Source of the DNA: Chloroflexota bacterium | GTDB lineage: Bacteria > Chloroflexota > Dehalococcoidia > Dehalococcoidales > JACQON01 | Length of the DNA stretch: 64,000 nucleotides | NCBI GenBank assembly: GCA_016202545.1 | Contig: JACQON010000032.1 | Span: 37,453-101,452 of the forward strand | Direction: 5' to 3' | Shown here: positions 27,420-36,682 of the stretch, one piece after another | Layout: every line of letters begins with the position of its first letter | Position numbering within the stretch: the first letter of the stretch is position 1 | Program-made: the position numbers and the translations under genes | Notes under the pieces: generated by a model | What the model was told of the DNA's origin: nothing | Database searches by the model: none | Seen by the model: the letters and a program-made list of their open reading frames with translations, nothing else

Positions 27420-28415
27420 CTAGAGTTCCCAGAAGCTGACTAGCTGCTGGAAATCAATAAGCCCGCTCTCGGCGATGTTGTCGATATTTATCCCCGCTTC
27501 GAAGGCCGCCGCAATCGGGTTCAGTCCGCCAAGAAGGGCCATGCCGACCCGGTTCAGACCGACAGCTATCTGGCAGACAGGTTCACTGGTATTACCCAGC
27601 ACGTAGACACCGGTAATGCCGGCCTCTTTGAGCATAGCTATCTTGTCGTCAACGATTGCTCTCGCCGCGGCTGGTATTTCACGGAAATTGGATAATATGG
27701 CGCCATTGCCGGTCCTGGCCGCTTCGCCAACCCTGGTCATCCGGGCGCGAATATACTGCTCCGAGGGGTCGAGGGATGTGCCGGAGTAGTTAATTATGGC
27801 GGTAAAGCGCCTCGGCTTTGAGTTCCTTATCTCGAGCACCCCGCCGAATCTGGACTCTATGGGGACTCCGGCCTTGAGCAGTATCCCGTTTACAACCACG
27901 CTACAGATGGTAGCGAAGCCGATTTTGCCGCCGGGGACGACCACCGAGCCGAGCTTTTCTCCTTCAGAGGCCACGGCTACCCGCTCGCTGACACACATTC
28001 CTCCCTTGTATACATCCCTCATCGCCGTCAGCGCCTTTTTGAACTTGTCTTTGTCGATGAGCGAAGTGTTTATCGGGACCTGGCCGGTCTGCTTTTGGGG
28101 GTCGAAAGTGGTATGGAACGCCAGCAGCTCAAGCTTGTCAAGTATGAAACCCACCTGCTCCGGTGCCAGCGCCATCTTGAGCTCTTCAAGCCCTAAAGGC
28201 GTGACCATTCTGCCATCATGGCCTAGAGGCATGGTATAGCCGCGCTCATCGGTTATCCTCAGGTGGTACCTGACCGCCCTCTCGCTTAAAAAAATGCCGT
28301 ACCGAGCCAGTTCTCTGGCGATGGTAATTGACCCCAGCGGCTCCGAAGACTCGCTCAGCACTTTGAGGATGGAAATTACCTTCCTTTCCGTCTCCGGGCT
28401 GTCGCCTTGTACCAT
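27420..28415 (-). CDS. nrpR: NrpR-family nitrogen regulator (wHTH plus one NRD/DUF128 domain)
   Basis: ERAVRYHL HTH, GTSLDP, NFREIP, GGLNP; start MVQGDS. Confidence 0.88.
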   Translation of the reverse strand: MVQGDSPETERKVISILKVLSESSEPLGSITIARELARYGIFLSERAVRYHLRITDERGYTMPLGHDGRMVTPLGLEELKMALAPEQVGFILDKLELLAFHTTFDPQKQTGQVPINTSLIDKDKFKKALTAMRDVYKGGMCVSERVAVASEGEKLGSVVVPGGKIGFATICSVVVNGILLKAGVPIESRFGGVLEIRNSKPRRFTAIINYSGTSLDPSEQYIRARMTRVGEAARTGNGAILSNFREIPAAARAIVDDKIAMLKEAGITGVYVLGNTSEPVCQIAVGLNRVGMALLGGLNPIAAAFEAGINIDNIAESGLIDFQQLVSFWEL

Positions 28416-28497
28416 GCGGACTTCCTTTTGTTCTCTGGTATAGACCATCGCTATTGTACCTCTTCCCGGCCTTTGTTTTATGCTTTGTTGTGTCTTC

Positions 28498-29265
28498 TCA
28501 ATAGGCATAGAGCTTGCCATAGGGACGGAGCCAGCGGGGGTACAGTTTGATGAACTCATGTCTCAAGAGTTCCTCTGCTTCATAGCCGAAATGGGCGGCA
28601 AACTCGCCGGTGAACTTCTGCAGGACCTGGCGGTCACTGTCTTCCAGGGGAGCGATGCCCACCTCTTTGCCCAGTTGGTATTCGTTGACATTGCCTTTCA
28701 GGTAAATAACGCCGCCGTGCATTCCGGTGCCGATGAATTTTGCTTTGTGATATTCCCCGTCATTCAGGTTCAGGCCCAGCAGGATTAGGATGCCGCCGGC
28801 CATGTACTCGCCGAGGAAGTCCTGGGCGGTGCCCCCGACCACTACTACCGGCTTTTTATCCTGGTATTCCTTCATGTGGATGCCCGCCCGGTAGCCAACG
28901 TCCTCCCGGATGAAGATTTTGCCTCCCCGCGCCGATAAGCCGGCGATATCACCGGCATGACCATGGATGATGATTTCACCGCTGTTCATGGTATTGCCGC
29001 AGCCATCCTGGGCATTGCCGTGCACGATAATCCTCGGCCCGTCCATGAATGCCCCCAGGTCGTTGCCCGGCGTGCCGAAAAGCTCGATTTCCGCTGGCCG
29101 GCCTAGTCCGGTGCCCAGGTATCTCTGCCCGCAGACACCGTGCACGGCGACCTTCCGGATGCCATCGGAGACGATTTCTTTCAGCACGGTGTTAAGCTCC
29201 CGGTAGCGGAGGCCGGTGGCATCTATTCTCGCCGTGTGGTCGTTCGTTTCTACCCTGATTTTCAA
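28498..29265 (-). CDS. Glutamate synthase GXGXG-domain subunit (GltB domain 3)
   Basis: GQRYLG, GNDLGAFMDG, GEYMAGG, GTGMHGG. Confidence 0.9.
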   Translation of the reverse strand: MKIRVETNDHTARIDATGLRYRELNTVLKEIVSDGIRKVAVHGVCGQRYLGTGLGRPAEIELFGTPGNDLGAFMDGPRIIVHGNAQDGCGNTMNSGEIIIHGHAGDIAGLSARGGKIFIREDVGYRAGIHMKEYQDKKPVVVVGGTAQDFLGEYMAGGILILLGLNLNDGEYHKAKFIGTGMHGGVIYLKGNVNEYQLGKEVGIAPLEDSDRQVLQKFTGEFAAHFGYEAEELLRHEFIKLYPRWLRPYGKLYAY

Positions 29266-30767
29266 CTTCCGGCCATCCTTACTCCCAGGATTTCAAGCTC
29301 AGTATCAGTGAGGCCGACGCCTCTCAGGTGCAGGCGGTTGCCGCGCAGGCTCTCTACGGCGTTGACGCCCATTCCGCCCAGTATGTCTTTAAGCTCGAGG
29401 CTCCAGCCGCGCAGAAGGTTAGCCAGCCTCCGCGCGCCGATGTCGGGATTGACTCTCTTGGTCAGGGCGAGGTCTGTGGTGCAAATGCCCCAGGCGCACT
29501 TACCGGTATGGCATTGCTGGCAGAGGGTGCAGCCCAGGGCAACCAGGGCGGCTGTGCCGATGTAAACGGCGTCGGCGCCCAGCGCAATCGCCTTGGCCAG
29601 GTCACCGCTGTTCCTGATTCCGCCTGAGACCACGATAGACGCCCGGTTACGCATTCCTTCCTGCATCAGACGGCTATCCACTGAGGCCAGGGCCAGCTCA
29701 ATGGGGATACCTACGTTATCGCGGATGACCTTGGGAGCGGCACCGGTAGCGCCACGCAGCCCGTCCAGGACGATGATGTCGGCACCGGCGCGCACCATGC
29801 CGCTGGCAATGGCCGCCGAGTTATGGACGGCGGCAATTTTCACCGACACCGGCTTGGCGTAGTCTGTGGCCTCTTTCAGTGCGTAAACGAGCTGAGCTAA
29901 GTCCTCGATAGAGTAAATATCGTGTTGCGGCGCTGGGGAGAGGGCATCGGTCCACTGAGGTATCATACGGGTCATGGAGACCTCGGCGCTTACCTTCTCT
30001 CCGGGAAGGTGACCGCCGATGCCCGGCTTTGCCCCCTGCCCAATCTTAATCTCAATCACTCTGGCGGCGTCGAGGTATTCAGAATGTACCCCGAAGCGTC
30101 CGGAAGCTACCTGGACAATGGTATTGCCGCCATACTTATATAGGCTGGGGTGGAGACCTCCTTCGCCGGTGTTCCACAGCGTGCCCGCCTCGGCGGCTGC
30201 CCGGGCCAGAGATTCGTGCACGTTAAGGCTTACCGCGCCGTAGGACATGGCGGAAAACATGACCGGGACCTCCAGTTTCACCTGCGGGGCTATCTTCGTC
30301 TTCAGGCTCAGCGAATGCCGCTCAACTTCCACTCGCTCAGGCTTTTGACCCAGGTAGGTGACCAGCTCCATCGGCTCGCGCAGCGGGTCTATGGAGGGGT
30401 TGGTCACCTGGCTGGCATTGAGCAGCAGGTGGTCCCAGTAGATGCGCTGGCTTTTATCATCGCCCATGCCGGTAAGAAGTACCCCGCCGGTCTCAGCCTG
30501 TTTGATGATGTCCTCGATAACCTCGGGACGCCAGTTATAGTTTTCCCGGTAGTCCAAAGGGTTGCGCTTGATGGCCAGCGCCCGGGTGGGGCAGAAAATG
30601 GCGCAGCGATGACAGCCAACGCAGTTTTCCTCGCCGCTCCTGACCATCTCCTGGTCAGGGTCATGGCGGTGAACATCAAACGTGCACTGATTGACGCATA
30701 CCTGACACTGAATGCACCGTTCAGGGTCCCGCTCCACCATGAATTTGGCCGGCAAATATGTCTTCAC
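29262..30767 (-). CDS. Archaeal-type glutamate synthase FMN subunit with N-terminal 2x[4Fe-4S] (GltB domain 2)
   Basis: AMSYG, NTGEGG, QVASGRFGV, QGAKPGIGGHLPG, C-x5-C-x4-C; GTG start overlaps the upstream TGA. Confidence 0.93.
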   Translation of the reverse strand: MKTYLPAKFMVERDPERCIQCQVCVNQCTFDVHRHDPDQEMVRSGEENCVGCHRCAIFCPTRALAIKRNPLDYRENYNWRPEVIEDIIKQAETGGVLLTGMGDDKSQRIYWDHLLLNASQVTNPSIDPLREPMELVTYLGQKPERVEVERHSLSLKTKIAPQVKLEVPVMFSAMSYGAVSLNVHESLARAAAEAGTLWNTGEGGLHPSLYKYGGNTIVQVASGRFGVHSEYLDAARVIEIKIGQGAKPGIGGHLPGEKVSAEVSMTRMIPQWTDALSPAPQHDIYSIEDLAQLVYALKEATDYAKPVSVKIAAVHNSAAIASGMVRAGADIIVLDGLRGATGAAPKVIRDNVGIPIELALASVDSRLMQEGMRNRASIVVSGGIRNSGDLAKAIALGADAVYIGTAALVALGCTLCQQCHTGKCAWGICTTDLALTKRVNPDIGARRLANLLRGWSLELKDILGGMGVNAVESLRGNRLHLRGVGLTDTELEILGVRMAGS

Positions 30768-31924
30768 TGGCCTTCCTCTAATAGCGTCGCGTCGCTGCCG
30801 CTTGCCGCTACCGACTCTGGCTGAAGCGGTGCGCCCAGCCTGCCCACAACGGGTTCGCCGCCCACGGGAATCCATGTTTTGCCCACGTCAGGGCAAACAA
30901 GGCGGATAGCGGACTCCTCCGACGATAGGTACAGCATGTCGCCCTTCGTCCCCACGGTAAGCGGCCGTAGCCTGATGCGGTCGGTAAGTCCTATCATCTC
31001 ACCCTGGTGGGCGATGATAACGGTAAACGGGCCGTTCAGCAGCAGGCTGCCGTAGACCTGGCGCAGCGTCCGCAGCAGCTCCTGTTCCCCCGCGGGAAGC
31101 CGCTCAATGTCATCCCACAGCGGAGCAGCCAGTACCCTGGCTGCTATCTCTACCGGCAGGCCATGTTTGCGCACCAGCAGGTCGATGGCGTAGGCGATAA
31201 CCTCGGTGTCAGTCTGCATGGTGCACTGGTAGCCGAACTGCTCCAGGTAGCGCCTGTTTATTCCATAGGAGGAAATCTCCCCGTTGTGGACCACCGTCCA
31301 GTCCAGAATGCCGAACGGATGAGCACCGCCCCACCAGCCTGGAGTGTTGGTGGGGAACCGGCCATGGGCAGTCCATAGATAGCCCTGGTAGCGCTCGAGA
31401 CAAAAGTAGTCAGCTATTTCCTCGGGGTAGCCTACCCCTTTGAAAACGCCCATGTTCTTGCCGCTGGAAAAGACAAAAGCGCCTTCCAGCCTGGTATTTA
31501 TCTCCATGACGCAGTCGATGGCATAGTCCTCTTCTGACCTGTCTTCGGGCTTATGGTGGCTGGCATCCATAAAGTAGCGCCAGATGAGAGGGGGACTGGC
31601 GACCCTGGCGGCGGTTCGGATGGGCATCTGTTCATCATAGGCTATGCTGAACTTGGTCTTGAGGAAAGCCTCGGTCTGCGTCTTGCCTTCCTGGCTGAGG
31701 TACATTATGTGGAAGGCATAGAGGTCGGCGTATTCAGGGTATAGTCCATAGATAGCGAAGCCTCCGCCCAGGCCATTGCTGCGGTCATGCATATTGGCAA
31801 TCGCCCTGGTGATGTCTTCGCCGGAGAATCTCCGTCCCGAGGTATTCATCGCCCCGAACAGCGAGCAGGCATCGATGACCTTGTCGTCCTGATACGGATT
31901 GTGCACCTGGCCGATATCTTTCAT
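30764..31924 (-). CDS. Class II glutamine amidotransferase subunit (GltB domain 1)
   Basis: DA|CSLFG Ntn Cys, HGRFPTNT, AHPF, HNGEI, DTE. Confidence 0.92.
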   Translation of the reverse strand: MKDIGQVHNPYQDDKVIDACSLFGAMNTSGRRFSGEDITRAIANMHDRSNGLGGGFAIYGLYPEYADLYAFHIMYLSQEGKTQTEAFLKTKFSIAYDEQMPIRTAARVASPPLIWRYFMDASHHKPEDRSEEDYAIDCVMEINTRLEGAFVFSSGKNMGVFKGVGYPEEIADYFCLERYQGYLWTAHGRFPTNTPGWWGGAHPFGILDWTVVHNGEISSYGINRRYLEQFGYQCTMQTDTEVIAYAIDLLVRKHGLPVEIAARVLAAPLWDDIERLPAGEQELLRTLRQVYGSLLLNGPFTVIIAHQGEMIGLTDRIRLRPLTVGTKGDMLYLSSEESAIRLVCPDVGKTWIPVGGEPVVGRLGAPLQPESVAASGSDATLLEEGQ

Positions 31925-31944
31925 AGACGTAGCTCCTGAGTTTT

Positions 31945-33267
31945 CTATCCTCCCATAACTGAGCTTGAAGCTGCTGACGGGGCTGACGGCGAGGATGGCG
32001 CTTCCAGGTAGGCTCGCCATATCTCCTCGGAAAGAGAGATGAGGCCGAAATCATCGGCCGCCAGGGCTTGTTTGAAGCCGTTGACGTTTATCTTATCCTT
32101 CATCAGGCCGAAGACGATGCCTGATTTCTCGATGTCGCCGGCAAAAACCATGCCCTTTACCAGCCCGTCCTTGAGCACGACCTTTTTGTAGGCGGGGCCA
32201 TGTTTTTCGCTCACCACCTCGTAGTCGGCGGGTGGGTCCGCCATGCCGGCGGAGACGATAGCCAGCCCGAAGTATTTAAGAGAGTTCATGGCGGTGCCGC
32301 CGGGATATTCGGTGGTTACGCCGGCCATGTTGAAGCCGGCGACTCTTCCACCCAGGTAGGCGTTGGGTAAGATTGGAGTAAGCCGGTTTTCACCATATAC
32401 AAAATCATAAGCCTCAGCCACATCACCGCAGGCATAAACGTCAGGGCAGGAAGTGGCCATGCGATGGTCAACCAGTATGCCGCGGTTGATTCTTATCCCG
32501 GCGCCGCTGGCAAGCTGAGTGCGCGGTTGTACCCCGATAGCCATAATCACCAGTTCACAGGGCAGTGTGGCGCCGTCGTCTGTAACTATATGAGTAACCG
32601 CGCCTCCCGAATGGCTGCCGATTTCGGCCACGGTGCGGCCGGTCAGGACTTTGACGCCAACCTGCTCCAGCCTTTGTTCCACCAGGGCGGACGCCTCCTG
32701 GTCCAGGATGGTATTGAGCACTCGCTCCTTCATCTCCACTATGGTAACCTTGACGCCGCGCTTCACCAGCGCCTCAGCCACGCTCATGCCGATAAGGCCG
32801 CCACCGATAATCACCGCTCGTTCCACGCCGCCGTACAGGTGCCGGTCAATAGCCCTGGCATCATCAAGCGTCACAAAGGCGAATACCCCGCTCCGCTCGA
32901 TGCCCTTTATCTGAGGGAGAATGGGCAGACCGCCGGTGGCCAGCAGCAGCTTTTCCCAGGCCATCCTTTTCCCGTCCTCCAGGCTGGCGGTATGTTCACC
33001 GGTGTCAAGCTGCGTCACCTTCCGGCCGAGGATGGCCTGGATGCCGTTCTTATCATAGAAGTCGGCTGGCCGGTACAGTATCTTCTCCAGGGGATACCTG
33101 TGGGCCAGGTACTCCGAGATAAGCGGTCGGGAGTATGCTGGGTACGGCTCGGCGGAAATCATGACCACCGTCCCTGCCTTGTCCGCCTGGCGGATGGCTT
33201 CAGCCGCTCCGATGCCTCCGGCCGAGTTCCCTATAATCAGGTATTTCGCTTTCTTTACCCGTACCAT
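31945..33267 (-). CDS. NAD(P)H/FAD-dependent oxidoreductase (NirB/Nox-like)
   Basis: IIGNSAGG, LLLATG, GGGLIG, YACGDVAE. Confidence 0.9.
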   Translation of the reverse strand: MVRVKKAKYLIIGNSAGGIGAAEAIRQADKAGTVVMISAEPYPAYSRPLISEYLAHRYPLEKILYRPADFYDKNGIQAILGRKVTQLDTGEHTASLEDGKRMAWEKLLLATGGLPILPQIKGIERSGVFAFVTLDDARAIDRHLYGGVERAVIIGGGLIGMSVAEALVKRGVKVTIVEMKERVLNTILDQEASALVEQRLEQVGVKVLTGRTVAEIGSHSGGAVTHIVTDDGATLPCELVIMAIGVQPRTQLASGAGIRINRGILVDHRMATSCPDVYACGDVAEAYDFVYGENRLTPILPNAYLGGRVAGFNMAGVTTEYPGGTAMNSLKYFGLAIVSAGMADPPADYEVVSEKHGPAYKKVVLKDGLVKGMVFAGDIEKSGIVFGLMKDKINVNGFKQALAADDFGLISLSEEIWRAYLEAPSSPSAPSAASSSVMGG

Positions 33268-33272
33268 GGTGT

Positions 33273-33728
33273 TTAACGTTCCAAACCGGCCTTGTTCTGT
33301 ACGTATACCAGCGCTTCGTTAGGGCAATTGGCGACGCATGCCGGGACATCCCTCCCGGCGCAGAGGTCGCATTTTGCAATCCTTCCCTGCTGTACATCGC
33401 GCCGGATGGCGCCGAATGGACACACCAGTATGCAGGTCCAGCAACCGGTGCATCTTTCTTCATCCACAGTCACCGTGCCGGTTCTGGCATCCTTTTGCAG
33501 AGCCCCAGTAAGACAGGCATAGACACATGAAGGCTCATCACAGTGCTGGCAGCGGATGGAAAATGACACCGGTTTTCTTTCTTCAACTGATAGACGCGCC
33601 AGCGGTTGGGGGGACTCTTTCTTAAAGGCCTTGATGGGGTCCTTCGATTGCGAGTGCTCCACCCGGCAATACACTTCGCAGAGGTGGCAGCCGATACAGG
33701 CTTGCTCTTTGATATAGATTTTCCTCAT
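33273..33728 (-). CDS. 4Fe-4S dicluster (CooF/HydN-like) electron-transfer protein
   Basis: Four Cys groups: CIGCHLC, CQHC..C, CTGCWTC..CP, KCDLC..C. Confidence 0.92.
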   Translation of the reverse strand: MRKIYIKEQACIGCHLCEVYCRVEHSQSKDPIKAFKKESPQPLARLSVEERKPVSFSIRCQHCDEPSCVYACLTGALQKDARTGTVTVDEERCTGCWTCILVCPFGAIRRDVQQGRIAKCDLCAGRDVPACVANCPNEALVYVQNKAGLER

Positions 33729-33758
33729 CGGCTAATGGCGCTCCGTGCTCATGCTTAG

Positions 33759-33774
33759 CGGCAATCGGTTGCCG
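33759..33774. promoter_or_regulatory. Candidate NrpR-type operator
   Basis: CGGCAATCGGTTGCCG palindrome just downstream of the GOGAT promoter. Confidence 0.5.
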
Positions 33775-33796
33775 TAGACCATATAATATAGACCAT

Positions 33797-33825
33797 ATAA
33801 TAACAGGGTTTTTGCCGTTTGTCAA
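33797..33825 (-). promoter_or_regulatory. Sigma70 promoter of the GOGAT operon
   Basis: TTGACA-17nt-TATTAT with TGn. Confidence 0.7.
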
Positions 33826-33847
33826 TACCCTTTTGGCTGAAATGTTG

Positions 33848-33988
33848 AGCAATATCCGATTAGGCACAGAGTGTCGCTTGAGATTGCTTCGGGCTCTCGC
33901 CCTCGGGACTTCGGCGTGAGCTCAGTCGAACGCTGAACTCGGGCCTCGGACTGAAGCTCGGCCTGAAGGCTGAAGCCCTCGCAATGAC
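33848..33988 (-). repeat. Family B element, inverted copy
   Basis: 141 bp reverse complement of 24819-24959; I count 2 mismatches. Confidence 0.88.
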
Positions 33989-34136
33989 GTGTGCTACTAC
34001 GGTCTTGCGCGGTAAAAAACTGGGGCTACGGAGCGAAAAATGGCTCGTTGATTTATGGGATGATGCGGAAGATTATGGTCTATAAGTGGCCGCATGTCTA
34101 GACCGACCTGGCCAATCTTCTGGGGGTTATCGGCTG

Positions 34137-35537
34137 CTACGACTGTCCTGGAACGGCGGGCAGTCTAACTATGAACTCCGCCCCCTGGCCGGGTTCGCTT
34201 CTGGCTTCTATTGTTCCGCCGTGGGCCAGGGCTATCTCCCTGGCGATAGCCAGGCCCAGCCCGACTCCAGTCCTGACACCGGTGACCTGGTAAAATCGCT
34301 CAAAGACGTATTGGAGTTGCTCAGGAGGTATTCCGGGGCCATTGTCGCTCACCCTGACCTCTACCTGACCACCGGCAAGCTGGCGACTGGCTACGCGCAC
34401 CTCGCCGCCGGGGGTATTCTTTATGGCATTATCGAGCAGGTTGCCAAATAGTTGCTCCAGGCGGTCCGAATCACCAGACACCGTCACGGAGGGGACGGTG
34501 TCCAGCCTTAGCAGGATGCCCCTCTCCCTTGCCTGTAGCTCAAAGACTTCACAGCAATGGTGGAGCAACTCATTGAGCTCGACCGGCTCACTGGCTATCT
34601 TCATCTGGCCTGACTGCATACGGGCCAGTTCCAGAAGCTCGTTCACCTGTCGTCTCATTCGCCTTGATTCATCATTGATGATTCGGGCGGCTTTTGACCT
34701 GGTATCATCGTCGCCGGCGGTGCCATCTACCATCGCCTGCGCGAACCCCTGGATTGATGTCAGCGGGCTTTTCAGCTCATGTGACACATCAGCCACGAAG
34801 TGACGTAGCTGCTGCTGCGCCCGTTCCACCTGTTCTGACATGTGATTGAAGCTGGCGGCAAGCTCTCGGACTTCCCCGGGGCCGGTCACTGGTATTCTCT
34901 GGGTATAATCGCCCTCAGCTACTTTGCGAGCGGCATTGGTCACTCGCTTGATGGGACGGTACACCGAGCGGGCGAATAAGATGGCCACTATCAGTGAGAC
35001 AACCAGGGCGACGAATCCGGCAAGAAAGAGCGGTCTAAATAAGCTGGCCAGGATGGCTACCGAGCCAGTCTGCGGGGCAGCAAGGACCAGCGTTTCAAAC
35101 CGCGTCTCCAATGTGCTGGCCAGTCTGCCCAGGGGGTAGGCGGCATAGATAAAGGTCCTGCTATCAACAGTGACAAACCGCCCTTGCACGGCTTTTGAGA
35201 TACCGTGAGGCAGGCCGCCGGACGGCACTTCTACCGCTTGGCCCGGTTGGGGGGCTATCTGTCTTACGACGTTGCCGTCGCGGCTGCCCAGGATGATATG
35301 AACATCGTTCTTCTGCGCCTGCTCTTCCAGGTTTGCCCATAGCTTAGCCGGTGTCACCTCACCGAGGACCAGAGACCTCACCTGCACGGAGATTGGACGG
35401 GCGATATTGTCCAGGCGTTCCATGGTCAGGCGGTCGCGGTAGCCCTGAAGCAGCACGGTGATGACCGAAGCCACCACGGCGAGGCAAATAACCACAATCA
35501 GGGCATATGTGGCAAACAAGCGCGTCCGCAGGCTCAT
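34137..35537 (-). CDS. Sensor histidine kinase (2 TM, HAMP, HisKA, HATPase)
   Basis: SHELKSPL, NLLDNA, DNGPGI, FERFY, GLGLAI. Confidence 0.95.
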   Translation of the reverse strand: MSLRTRLFATYALIVVICLAVVASVITVLLQGYRDRLTMERLDNIARPISVQVRSLVLGEVTPAKLWANLEEQAQKNDVHIILGSRDGNVVRQIAPQPGQAVEVPSGGLPHGISKAVQGRFVTVDSRTFIYAAYPLGRLASTLETRFETLVLAAPQTGSVAILASLFRPLFLAGFVALVVSLIVAILFARSVYRPIKRVTNAARKVAEGDYTQRIPVTGPGEVRELAASFNHMSEQVERAQQQLRHFVADVSHELKSPLTSIQGFAQAMVDGTAGDDDTRSKAARIINDESRRMRRQVNELLELARMQSGQMKIASEPVELNELLHHCCEVFELQARERGILLRLDTVPSVTVSGDSDRLEQLFGNLLDNAIKNTPGGEVRVASRQLAGGQVEVRVSDNGPGIPPEQLQYVFERFYQVTGVRTGVGLGLAIAREIALAHGGTIEARSEPGQGAEFIVRLPAVPGQS

Positions 35538-36217
35538 TTAGCGTCTCCCGGGGCTATCATCTTGTACCCTGTCCCTCGGAGCGTCTCTATATCAGCTCCG
35601 GAGCCGGCTATCTTGTCTCGAAGGTGATTGACATGAACGTCAACCGTGCGAGTTTCTCCATAGTAGTCGTATCCCCAGACTTTCTCCAGCAGCTTTTCCC
35701 GGCTCAGGACAATCCCCAGGTTCTGGGCCAGGGTCGCCAGCAAGGCGAACTCCTTGGTTCTGAGCTTTACCGGGTTTCCCTCCACGGTCACCTCATGGCG
35801 GGCAAGGTCGATACGGAGGTTGCCTATTTCTATCGCCTCACCCGGCGTCGCTCCCATCTGAGACCGCCGCAGGATAGCTTTGACTCTGGCCACCAGTTCC
35901 CGGGGGTTAAACGGTTTGGTCAGGTAATCGTCGGCTCCCAGTTCAAGCCCCACCACCTTGTCGATATCTTCCTTACGGGCAGTGAGCATCAGGATTGGCA
36001 CGCTGCTTTTGGCCCTTATCCTGCGGCACACCTCAAAGCCGTCGATACCGGGTAACATCAGGTCGAGGATAATCAGGTCAGGATGCAGCGATTCCTGTCT
36101 GGATAAAGCGCCGTGTCCATCGGCAACGCCTTCCACTTTATACCCGTCGCGCTCAAGATAGAGCCTGGCCAGCTCTATGATATTCGGCTCATCGTCCACG
36201 ATAAGGATGGTCTGCAT
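35534..36217 (-). CDS. OmpR-family response regulator
   Basis: VDDE, LDLMLP, GADDYLTKPF, RTVDVH. Confidence 0.96.
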   Translation of the reverse strand: MQTILIVDDEPNIIELARLYLERDGYKVEGVADGHGALSRQESLHPDLIILDLMLPGIDGFEVCRRIRAKSSVPILMLTARKEDIDKVVGLELGADDYLTKPFNPRELVARVKAILRRSQMGATPGEAIEIGNLRIDLARHEVTVEGNPVKLRTKEFALLATLAQNLGIVLSREKLLEKVWGYDYYGETRTVDVHVNHLRDKIAGSGADIETLRGTGYKMIAPGDAK

Positions 36218-36329
36218 TTACTGTCTCCGTAAGCCGATAGAGATGTCTTACTCAATTATACACAAAGCCTCGCCGCTTTCCTATCCAGCGCATTGACTCA
36301 TAATAAGAGTTACCGACTCACCTCCAATA

Positions 36330-36447
36330 TCCCTCTCTCCCGCCGCAGGCGGGAGAGAGGGAAGAGATTTTAGAGAGGGGGCGTAGCCTCCTCTCTTTGC
36401 TTAACTCCCCCTTGCCTGAGCAAGGAAAGTGGGTCAGGGGGATAGGT
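36330..36447. repeat. Family A hairpin core
   Basis: CCTCTCTCCCGCC/GGCGGGAGAGAGG and GAGGGGGCGTAGCCTCCTC modules. Confidence 0.75.
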
Positions 36448-36682
36448 TGTCACCCGAAATCCGCTTTCGTCTCTGTCCTCCTCGGAAAGACGGGGATTGT
36501 GCATGAAAGCCCTTTTGACATGTGGGCAATACGCTTTATGACGCAGTACCTTCGGTCGGTCGTGATAGTGCCTGGAGGCAGGCAGCTCCAGCGCTGCCTG
36601 CCTCCAGGCGGTAACTTCAACTGATGTCATTACCGCTGGCGTTTCTCTCTGTTAACCGTTATTTTCGGTTCCCCCGTGCTCA

